Positions 14,828 to 22,763 of a stretch of 64,000 bases of DNA are shown here, in pieces. Under the pieces are notes generated by a model, which did not search any database, was not told where the DNA came from, and saw nothing but the letters and a program-made list of their open reading frames with translations. Location: the NCBI GenBank assembly GCA_050613775.1, contig JBODTK010000132.1:62001-126000 (forward strand). Direction: 5' to 3'. Position 1 is the stretch's first letter, and every line of letters begins with the position of its first letter. The translations under genes and the position numbers were made by a program. This DNA is from Neocallimastix sp. 'constans' (taxonomy: Eukaryota).

Positions 14828-15352
14828 ATGAAATTCATTTTTTTTGTTCTCCTTTCTATCTTTGCTTTAATTTCTACCGCTAATGGAGCAGTTGTTAAAA
14901 GAAGTGGTTTGACTAATAATGAAAAGAACACTTTATTAAAACTCCATACTACAACTCGTAAAGCTGTCAAGGCCTCAAATATGAAGAATATTGTATGGGA
15001 TAATAATATCGCCAAAGAAGCTCAAGCTTATGCATCTAAATGTGTATATAATGGCATTAAATTTGTTCATGCTAGTAACAGAAATGGTCATGGTGAAAAT
15101 TTAGCTTGGGGAACTTACGATGATGTTTCTAGATATTATAAATTATGGGATAAAGAAAGATCTGATTTTGAAAAAGCTGGCGTTAGAACTAAATTCAAGG
15201 GTGGTAGTTATGGACATTATTCCCAAATTGTTTGGGCAGATAATACTAAAATAGGTTGTGGTTATCAATATTGCAGTAATGCTTCCAGATATCTTTTAGT
15301 TTGTAGATATTTAACTGGTAATATTATTGATAAAACTGTATATAAATTATAA
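14828..15352 (+). CDS. Secreted CAP/SCP/PR-1 superfamily protein (174 aa, intronless)
   Basis: Signal peptide MKFIFFVLLSIFALISTANG followed by a KR dibasic site. CAP motifs are LHTTTR, GENLAW, GHYSQIVW, KIGCG and LLVCRY..GN. Confidence 0.92.
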   Translation: MKFIFFVLLSIFALISTANGAVVKRSGLTNNEKNTLLKLHTTTRKAVKASNMKNIVWDNNIAKEAQAYASKCVYNGIKFVHASNRNGHGENLAWGTYDDVSRYYKLWDKERSDFEKAGVRTKFKGGSYGHYSQIVWADNTKIGCGYQYCSNASRYLLVCRYLTGNIIDKTVYKL

Positions 15353-16353
15353 AATAAAAATTAATTAATAATTTGAATATCTACAATCTATTTTTAAAAA
15401 TGATTAAAAGTATTTTATTATCATAATATTATTATATTAATTAATCAAAAAATGATAATAAAAGACAATTAAAATTAAAAACATAATAAATAATAAAAAA
15501 ATTAAATCATTAAAAAAAATAAATAATAAAAGAAATAAATAATAAAAGAAATATATAATAAAAAAATTAAATAATTAAAGGAAATAAATAATAAAATAAT
15601 TAAATAATTAAAAGAAATAAATAATAAAAATAATTAAATAATAAAAATAATTAAATAATAAAAATAATTATATAATAAAAATAATTATATAATAATAATA
15701 AATAATAATAATAGATAAAATAATAGAAATAATAGTAATTTTTCATTTTTTCTATCTGAAATAATTATTAATTACGTTTCTAATATTTTTTCTGTTTAAA
15801 TTTAAAATATTTTAATATTTAAAAAATTAATATATGAATTTGAATAAAATTTAAATATAATATATTATAAAATATTAATTATTTTAAAAATATTAAATCA
15901 AAAACAGTTTTATGTAGTTTTTACTACTATATTATATTATAAATTTTATATAAAATATTAAATTAAAATAATTGTAATATCTAAATAAAAAATAAAGATA
16001 TAAATTTAAAATATTTAAATAAATGTTTTTTCAAAGAAATAAAATTTGATGAAATTTAATATTTTAATATTAAAATTATTATTATATATACATAACAAAA
16101 CAATAATTTTTATAAATATAGATTAATTTTATAAATATATATTAAATTTTTTTTGTATTAATTTATATTTATGTAAACAATATTATATTCCAAATTTATG
16201 TTCATAAACAATATATGTAAATTTTTAGAGAGAAAAAATTGTATGTTATCTTTTATATATTATATTTCTTTTTTCTTAAAGATTAATATTATTTAATATA
16301 TTTATATAATGAAGTTAATAAAATATCTTTTTTATATATTAAAATATAATAAT

Positions 16354-16450
16354 GCATCATGGGGACTCAAAGGGTACCTGGCAATCCCGAGCCACAACTT
16401 AAAGATTTCTCTATGGAGCGTCCGTTCCAGGCTGCACGAGGATGAATCAC
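16354..16450. other. Isolated 97-bp GC-rich island of unknown nature (structured RNA, small repeat element or 28-codon sORF)
   Basis: 51 of 97 bases are G+C by hand count, inside a nearly pure A/T background. Contains ATG..TGA at 16359-16445 (MGTQRVPGNPEPQLKDFSMERPFQAARG) and several self-complementary segments. Confidence 0.45.
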
Positions 16451-16690
16451 TATTTATATATATTAATATATATTCATAATTAGGTATAATCTATTTATTA
16501 TTAATCTTTATAAATATAATTATTATTTTAGAAATTATTTCTCCTTTATTATTAATAATTTGAATTTAAGTTTTAAAATATAAATTATAAAAAAATTAAT
16601 AACTAATTCAAATTAATTAAATTAAATTAATTAAAAAATAAAAAAAAGATAAAAAATAAGATTTCTTTTATTTTTTATTATAAAATATTA

Positions 16691-16874
16691 TATTAACTCA
16701 GATGAAAGATTAACAATTCATATTATATTTTCGTATTTATTTATTTATAAAAGTGTTAAGTAAAAATAAAAATAAAAAATACATAATGCTTATTTTATAC
16801 ATTTAGATAATTAATTCTATTGGTTAAATATATTAAATATTAATTCTTATATTTGATATTTATCTCATTTCACA
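16691..16874 (-). repeat. 3' LTR (184 bp)
   Basis: Direct repeat of 22580-22763. The element strand reads TGTGAAAT...CTGAGTTAATA. Confidence 0.95.
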
Positions 16875-16883
16875 CTCCCCCTC
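16875..16883 (-). promoter_or_regulatory. Polypurine tract (PPT)
   Basis: The element strand reads GAGGGGGAG immediately before the TG of the 3' LTR. Confidence 0.9.
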
Positions 16884-16939
16884 AAATCTAATTTCTACAT
16901 GTAGTAAAAATTAGATTTGCTTTTCTGATGTATTACCCT

Positions 16940-19900
16940 TTAATCTTTAATTCTTTCGAGAAGTGTATTTCTAAATTTATCCATTAATGAATTATTCAGA
17001 TATTTAGTGAACCCATCGGCTAGATTATTCTCTGATTTTATGTATTTTAATCTTATTTTATCCTTTTTAACAAGATCTCTTATATGATGATATTTTATAT
17101 CAATATGTTTTGATTTCGCATTAATAGAATGATTCTGACAATTATATATTGTTGCCTTATTATCAACATTTATTATTACATAGTTAAGATTGATATTTAG
17201 CTCATTTAAAAGGTTCATATACCAAAGACTATGCTTAGCGCATTCGCTTACGCTATAGTATTCTGATTCTGCCGTTGAAGTTGCAACGCAATGTTGTAGT
17301 TTGGAATACCAGCTAGTAGGTGCATCTCCCATCATCATCAGAAAACCGGAGGTTGATTTTCTTGTATCAATGTCTCCAGCATAATCGGCGTCCACAAATA
17401 TTTTTAATGAGCTATTCTTTGAGAATTTAATTCCATAATTTTCAGTACCCTTTAGGTATTTGAAAATCTTTTCTACGTTAATCCAGTCCTCCATAGTAGG
17501 ATTTTTGCTTTTTCTTGCTGCTTGATTTACTGAAAATAATATGTCTGGTCTTGTACAAATTGCAAGGTATAGGAGGTTCCCAATGGCACTTCTGTAAAAG
17601 GTTTCATTAAATTTTTTGTTTCTTAATTCCTTATTTTCCAATGGCTTCATATTTCTTACAGGTGCGCAATTAGTCAGTCTAAACTTATTTAGTAATTCTC
17701 TAAGATATCCTCTTTGATGTATAATATAACCATCACTTTGTCTTTCAAATTTTATCCCAATGACGAAATCTACTTCACCTATATATTTAATGTTATAATT
17801 CATTTTAATTTGTTCCTTAATATTTATTATTACATTTTCCTTGCCTATTAAAAGTATATCATCAACATATACCGTAAGAATACATATTATTTCCTTCAAT
17901 TTATTTTCCTTCACATAGATACAAGGTTCACTATTCAATCTTCTAAATTTCATTTCTAATAGTGTAGAGTCCAATTTTTCGTTCCATTCCCTGCCGGCTT
18001 GCTTTAAACCATATAAGGCTTTGTTTAATTTAAAATAAACTTTGTTGTATAATGGGTGACCTTGAGGTGGCCTCATATAAATGTCTTCGCTCAAGTCGGC
18101 ATTTAGGTATGCTGCATTAATGTCTAATTGAAAAATTTTAAAGTTTTTCTGTACTGCGATTGCTATAATTATTCGCAGTGAATCATGTTTTAAAGTAGGC
18201 GAGAAGGTAAGTAAGTAGTCTATACCAAACTTTTGTGTGAATCCCCTTGCGACTAAACGTGCTTTGCGTACAAGGATATTTCCGTTGAAATCCCGCTTAT
18301 ATTTGAAAACCCATTTACAGGAAACTATGTTTACTCCCTTTGGAATGGATTTTATTGGTTTGAACACGTTAAGTTGTTCCATATTTTCTAGTTCTTTGTT
18401 AACGGCATCCAACCATTCATCCTTATCTGGTAGATTGAATATGTCATAAAAATCTTTTGGTTCTTTTAAGTTTGTATTATTGTGAGTTTTTGGTGTAGAT
18501 GATTTGTGATTTGTTAGTTTTGGTCTTTTGTCATTTATTGAATTGTTGTATATTGCATTTATTACTTCGTTATTTGTATTGATATTATTATTATTATTGT
18601 TATTATTATTGTTATTGTTATTGTTATTATTATTATTATTGTTATTGTTATTGTTATTATTATTACTATTGTTATTGTTATTGTTATTGTTATTGTTATT
18701 GTTATTGTTATTGTTATTGTTATTGTTATTGTTATTGTTATTGTTATTGTTATTGTTATTGTTATTGTTATTGTTATTGTTATTGTTATTGTTATTGTTA
18801 TTGTTATTGTTATTGTTATTGTTATTGTTATTGTTATTGTTATTGTTATTGTTATTGTTATTGTTATTGTTATTGTTATTGTTATTGTTATTGTTATTGT
18901 TATTGTTATTGTTATTGTTATTGTTATTGTTATTGTTATTGTTATTGTTATTGTTAAAAAAGTTATAATGGTTGAATCTTTTGGAATCATTATTACTGAG
19001 TAAATCGCTCCCCCTGATTTCGGAATTGGGAATAAAATAGTAGAAATCCTTGGGGATGGAAGAAGTGATTTTAGAATTGCCAGGGTTATTTTCAAAAAAT
19101 TCAACAGAGCGGGAAAGAATAATTTTATTAGAAGACAAATTAAGAATTTTATAAGCTGAAGAATACGGATGATAACCCAGGAAAATGCCTGGTAAAGCAT
19201 TATTGTCAAATTTATTTCGAAAAGATTTTGGAACGTGGAAAAATACGCGACATCCAAAAACCTTAAAGTGAGAATAATCAACTTTTGATTTAAATAAAAT
19301 TTCGTAAGGTATTTTGTTATGGATACCAGAGTGTGGTATTCTATTATGTATATAGTTAGCTGTATCAACAGCATATTCCCAGAATTCGTGACTTAATTGA
19401 GCCTCATTTAATAAGGCTTTAGCAGAATTTATAAGGATACCATTAAAGCGTTCCGCACGACCATTTTGTTGGGGAGAATATGGGATAGTAAATTGTTGAA
19501 CAATCCCATTATTGGTACAGAATGTTTTGAATTTTCTATTGTTGAATTCCGTTCCATTATCGGTACGAATAAAAGATATAGATTTATTGAAAATATTATT
19601 GATTTCTTTATACCAAGAGTGAAATTTATCGAACGTTTCACTTTTGTTGTCGAGAAAGAGGACCCATCCATAACGTGAAAAATCATCTAGAATTGAGAGG
19701 AAATACTTACTTCCATGAATTGATTCATTGACTGGCCCAACAAGGTCCATGTGGATTAATTCGAAAATGGATTTAGATTTATTTATAGATCTTTTATATG
19801 GAAAATTTTTTAATTTTGAATTAGAACAAATAGGACATTTTGATTTAATATCAATTTTTAATAATTTGTTTTTGATGGGATTAATATAAAAATGCCCTAA

Positions 19901-20956
19901 TCTCCTATGCCATAATTTTATTTTATCGGGGATAGATAGTCTTGATAAGTGAAATAGATGTATAGGTGTATTAATTGGTTTATTATAAATTATGGGATTG
20001 GTTGATAACCAAATAATGAAAGTATTTTGTTCGTTTGAAAATAGATTAATTATTCTGCTTCCATATTGATCATAGATGGTTGCACATAAATGATTTTTGT
20101 TATTAAAGAAAATGACCTTATAATATTGTTGGATGAGTTTAGTAACTGAAATTATATTTTTAGTTATGTGTGGTACAAAATGGACGTTTCTTAATACAAC
20201 TTTATTATTATTTAAATATCCAATGAAATCACCACATTTATGTGATGTGACTATGTTACCATTTGGGAGTACAATATTTTCATTGCAATACTTTAAATTT
20301 TTGAGGGAACTGATGGAATTAGTGATATGTAATGAAGCTCCAGAATCTAAAATCCAAGACGAAATTTTATTGTTTTGTTCAAGTTTTGTTTTCGAATCAT
20401 TTTGTATTTTAGTTGTGATACAGTTTAATAAAACGTCATTTTCTAAATTGTAATCTTCTGAAAAAATACCAGAATTATGGTTTTTATCATTTGAACTAAC
20501 ATAGTTTATTTGTTTATTTGTATTTCTAAATGTTTTGTTTTTAAACTGGTTATTTCTGGTATTTTTATAGTGTTGTTTTTTGAATTTAAAGTAATTTTTA
20601 TGCTTGTTCTTAAGTTTGTTATTGTGCCAACAGTCCCTTGAAAAGTGACCGAATTTTCCACAGGTATGACATTTTCCGTTATTTGATTTTCTTTTGACAT
20701 TGTGTTTTTTGCTATTAGTACGAAATCTAGTTTTCTGTTCAATATGGAATATCTGTTTATCGGATCCTTCTTGTTTTATTGATTCCTTCATGTTCGAGAA
20801 TATAATGTCAGGAATGACATTTTTAATGTAGGAACATAGTTTATTCCAATCATCTTTATATTGGAAAACATTTATAAATCTTAGGTTTTCGGGTAGAGAT
20901 CTGTTGAGTATTCCAGCTTTTATATTATCACTAATATCGTGATCTAGATTTTTCAA
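16940..20956 (-). CDS. Copia gag(C-terminal part)-pol polyprotein: Zn knuckle, protease, integrase, RT, RNase H
   Basis: Zn knuckle CHTCGKFGHFSRDC. PR WILDSGAS. IN WHRRLGH..CPIC, LIHMDLVGP, RTDNGTEF, QNGRAER. RT KARLVARGFTQ, YGLKQAGREW, VYVDDILL. RH FVDADYAGD, TAESEY, ADGFTK. The track start is a TTG at a frameshift point, not a real start. Confidence 0.95.
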   Translation of the reverse strand: MKNLDHDISDNIKAGILNRSLPENLRFINVFQYKDDWNKLCSYIKNVIPDIIFSNMKESIKQEGSDKQIFHIEQKTRFRTNSKKHNVKRKSNNGKCHTCGKFGHFSRDCWHNNKLKNKHKNYFKFKKQHYKNTRNNQFKNKTFRNTNKQINYVSSNDKNHNSGIFSEDYNLENDVLLNCITTKIQNDSKTKLEQNNKISSWILDSGASLHITNSISSLKNLKYCNENIVLPNGNIVTSHKCGDFIGYLNNNKVVLRNVHFVPHITKNIISVTKLIQQYYKVIFFNNKNHLCATIYDQYGSRIINLFSNEQNTFIIWLSTNPIIYNKPINTPIHLFHLSRLSIPDKIKLWHRRLGHFYINPIKNKLLKIDIKSKCPICSNSKLKNFPYKRSINKSKSIFELIHMDLVGPVNESIHGSKYFLSILDDFSRYGWVLFLDNKSETFDKFHSWYKEINNIFNKSISFIRTDNGTEFNNRKFKTFCTNNGIVQQFTIPYSPQQNGRAERFNGILINSAKALLNEAQLSHEFWEYAVDTANYIHNRIPHSGIHNKIPYEILFKSKVDYSHFKVFGCRVFFHVPKSFRNKFDNNALPGIFLGYHPYSSAYKILNLSSNKIILSRSVEFFENNPGNSKITSSIPKDFYYFIPNSEIRGSDLLSNNDSKRFNHYNFFNNNNNNNNNNNNNNNNNNNNNNNNNNNNNNNNNNNNNNNNNNNNNNNNNNNNNNNNNNNNNNNNNNNNNNNNNNNNNNNNNNNNNNNNNNNNNNNNSNNNNNNNNNNNNNNNNNNNNNNNNNNNINTNNEVINAIYNNSINDKRPKLTNHKSSTPKTHNNTNLKEPKDFYDIFNLPDKDEWLDAVNKELENMEQLNVFKPIKSIPKGVNIVSCKWVFKYKRDFNGNILVRKARLVARGFTQKFGIDYLLTFSPTLKHDSLRIIIAIAVQKNFKIFQLDINAAYLNADLSEDIYMRPPQGHPLYNKVYFKLNKALYGLKQAGREWNEKLDSTLLEMKFRRLNSEPCIYVKENKLKEIICILTVYVDDILLIGKENVIINIKEQIKMNYNIKYIGEVDFVIGIKFERQSDGYIIHQRGYLRELLNKFRLTNCAPVRNMKPLENKELRNKKFNETFYRSAIGNLLYLAICTRPDILFSVNQAARKSKNPTMEDWINVEKIFKYLKGTENYGIKFSKNSSLKIFVDADYAGDIDTRKSTSGFLMMMGDAPTSWYSKLQHCVATSTAESEYYSVSECAKHSLWYMNLLNELNINLNYVIINVDNKATIYNCQNHSINAKSKHIDIKYHHIRDLVKKDKIRLKYIKSENNLADGFTKYLNNSLMDKFRNTLLERIKD
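18584..18955 (-). repeat. (AATAAC)n/(AAT)n microsatellite encoding ~120 Asn in frame inside pol
   Basis: Near-perfect (TTGTTA)n run on the plus strand, between the integrase C-terminus and the RT start (EPKDFYD). Confidence 0.95.
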
Positions 20957-21494
20957 GCTCTTCTATGGCATTTTGTAGTTTTGCCATAAAGATATTTATG
21001 TCTTGATCTTCATTGTATTTTAGATTGTTTATTTTATTTTGTATTTCTAATTTTCTTCGTTCTGGACTTCTTGTGAAGGAATGTTCTAAGATTTTCCATG
21101 TTTGGAAAGCTGTTTTCCCTTGTCCCTCGATTATTTTCCTAGTTTCCTCTCCTAAACTATTAATGATGATCCATTTTACCATGACATCATTTTTAATGTC
21201 TAGAAGGTTGGTGTCTTTATCATACACTAAATTATTATCGAACTTATCTTCCATGTAATCACTGAGGTCATCTTTAACATTCCTTTTTCTTATCTTCTTT
21301 ACCTTTTCAGAAACAACGTATCCTTCAAGGTTATTTATCATTAATAAGTAAAGGATACTAGTTCTCCAGCTGTTGTAATTTTCTGGAGTGAGATCAATTA
21401 CTCTATTGAAATTTTCAGAGTAACTGAAAGTGATACCCTTTGTTTGGGGATCGTTAATCACAATAGGTTGATTAATATTTCCTTGTCTTGTCAT
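20931..21494 (-). CDS. Copia gag N-terminal part, separated from the rest by a +1 frameshift
   Basis: LTPENYNSWR..L..L...NL and TAFQTWKILE..F are typical copia gag motifs. Removing one A from GAAAAAT (~20950-20954) fuses it to the pol ORF as ...AIEELENLDHD. Confidence 0.85.
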   Translation of the reverse strand: MTRQGNINQPIVINDPQTKGITFSYSENFNRVIDLTPENYNSWRTSILYLLMINNLEGYVVSEKVKKIRKRNVKDDLSDYMEDKFDNNLVYDKDTNLLDIKNDVMVKWIIINSLGEETRKIIEGQGKTAFQTWKILEHSFTRSPERRKLEIQNKINNLKYNEDQDINIFMAKLQNAIEELEKSRSRY

Positions 21495-21967
21495 ATTATT
21501 TTGATTGTTAATACTGCTTTATTTAAGGGATTAGTTGTATTTCGTAATATAAATTTAATATTGTTATAGAATAATTCTTTTATTTTATTATTTGTTCTAT
21601 TTATATTTATATTTTTAATTTAAATTTTGATTAAAGAATGGTTTATGATTGGGGGTTTATATTGAATTGTTTATATTATTTTAATATGCCGAATACTGAT
21701 TTTGTCCTGCTTTATTGGGTATATTTTAGTTAAAGATATCATCTGATTATTAAATGTTGATTTTTGCGATTGGTTATTTATATTATTTTCATTGTTTAAA
21801 TTGTTTATTTTTGATTCATTGAAATTTTATTTTGATCTTTAGTTTTGTCAAATAGGATGATTATATTTTGTTATTCATTTGATTGAATGATTTCTTTGAT
21901 AAAAAAAATTTTTTTTTTATTCTTATTTTTATTTTTTATTATTTTTTTTATATTTATATTTATGTAA

Positions 21968-22200
21968 TCAGCTCAGATTATTTGGCTGACTTTACTCAGC
22001 TCAAAATATTATTATTCATTTGGCTGACTTTATTCAGCTCAGAGTATTTTTAACCATTTGGCTGACTTTACTCAGCTCAAAATATTTTAACCATTTGGCT
22101 GACTTTACTCAGCTCAAAGTATTTTTGTTCATTTTGCTGACTTTACTCAGCTCAAAGTATTTTTGTTCATTTTGCTGACTTTACTCAGCTCAAAATATTT
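21968..22200. repeat. Tandem array of 6 (+1 partial) ~38-bp units in the retrotransposon 5' leader, each with a GCTGA-CTTTAY-TCAGC palindrome
   Basis: GCTGA starts at 21985, 22023, 22061, 22098, 22136 and 22174 (periods 38,38,37,38,38). Confidence 0.92.
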
Positions 22201-22546
22201 TTGCTATTATTTTTATTTATATTTTATTATAAATGATATTTGTATTTGTTTATTTAATTTTTAATTCATCTAAATTTAATATCATATTATGTTGTAAGAT
22301 TTCTTGAAAAAAAAAATTAATATCATTGAAATATATTTCTTATTTTGAACACATTAGGTTGAGTTATAGTTTTTGTTTAAGTTATATGTTTAAGATTTAT
22401 ATAAGAGTAAACGTTAAAAAAAAAAAAACTCCTTTTTTTTTTTTTTAATTTTAAAACTTTTGAACATTTATGACAAAAAAAAAATATCATTGTTTATATG
22501 ATCCAAAAAAAAAAAAATAAAAAATATAAATATTTATCTTTTGTTA

Positions 22547-22579
22547 TAGCTCAATCTGAGGAGATTGAGACTCTTAATC
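22547..22579 (-). promoter_or_regulatory. Primer-binding site complementary to the 5' half (anticodon arm plus D-arm) of tRNA-Lys(CUU)
   Basis: Plus-strand TGAGACTCTTAATC (22566-22579) matches the eukaryotic tRNA-Lys(CUU) anticodon arm as I recall it. TAGCTCAATC (22547-22556) matches the D-arm 5' side. The site abuts the 5' LTR, and there is no TGG-starting canonical PBS. Confidence 0.8.
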
Positions 22580-22763
22580 TATTAACTCAGATGAAAGATT
22601 AACAATTTATATTATATTTTCGTATTTATTTATTTATAAAAGTGTTAAGTAAAAATAAAAATAAAAAATACATAATGCTTATTTTATACATTTAGATAAT
22701 TAATTCTATTGGTTAAATATATTAAATATTAATTCTTATATTTGATATTTATCTCATTTCACA
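22580..22763 (-). repeat. 5' LTR (184 bp)
   Basis: Direct repeat of 16691-16874. The single difference seen is AATTCATA vs AATTTATA. Confidence 0.95.

Larger units (their letters stand above)
16691..22763 (-). mobile_element. Full-length Ty1/copia LTR retrotransposon, 6073 bp, recent insertion
   Basis: Two 184-bp LTRs with one visible mismatch and a 5-bp TSD TATTA (16686-16690 and 22764-22768). PBS and PPT are present, and the domain order is gag-PR-IN-RT-RNase H. Confidence 0.97.

Noticed and set aside
16354..16450. Assignment as HDV-like, glmS or group I ribozyme, or TPP riboswitch
   Set aside because: Only short motif resemblances. Required partners (HDV P1 5' strand, glmS P1, group I R/S) could not be found, so it is kept as an unexplained island.
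18237..21258. Small track ORFs overlapping the retrotransposon (poly-Leu 18528-18968, poly-IT 18562-19374 and others)
   Set aside because: These are antisense or alternate-frame shadows of pol and its microsatellite.
21495..21900. Possible N-terminal extension of gag
   Set aside because: An in-frame TAA lies 9 codons upstream of the ATG, with several stops beyond. No recognisable motif, so it is treated as leader.
21968..22200. CRISPR-like array of palindromic repeats with spacers
   Set aside because: The context is eukaryotic, inside an LTR element. The spacers are only ~15 nt and similar to each other, and there are no cas genes.
22541..22580. tRNA-Lys gene
   Set aside because: Only D-arm and anticodon-arm matches are present, with no T-arm or acceptor stem. 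Its position against the LTR marks it as a PBS.
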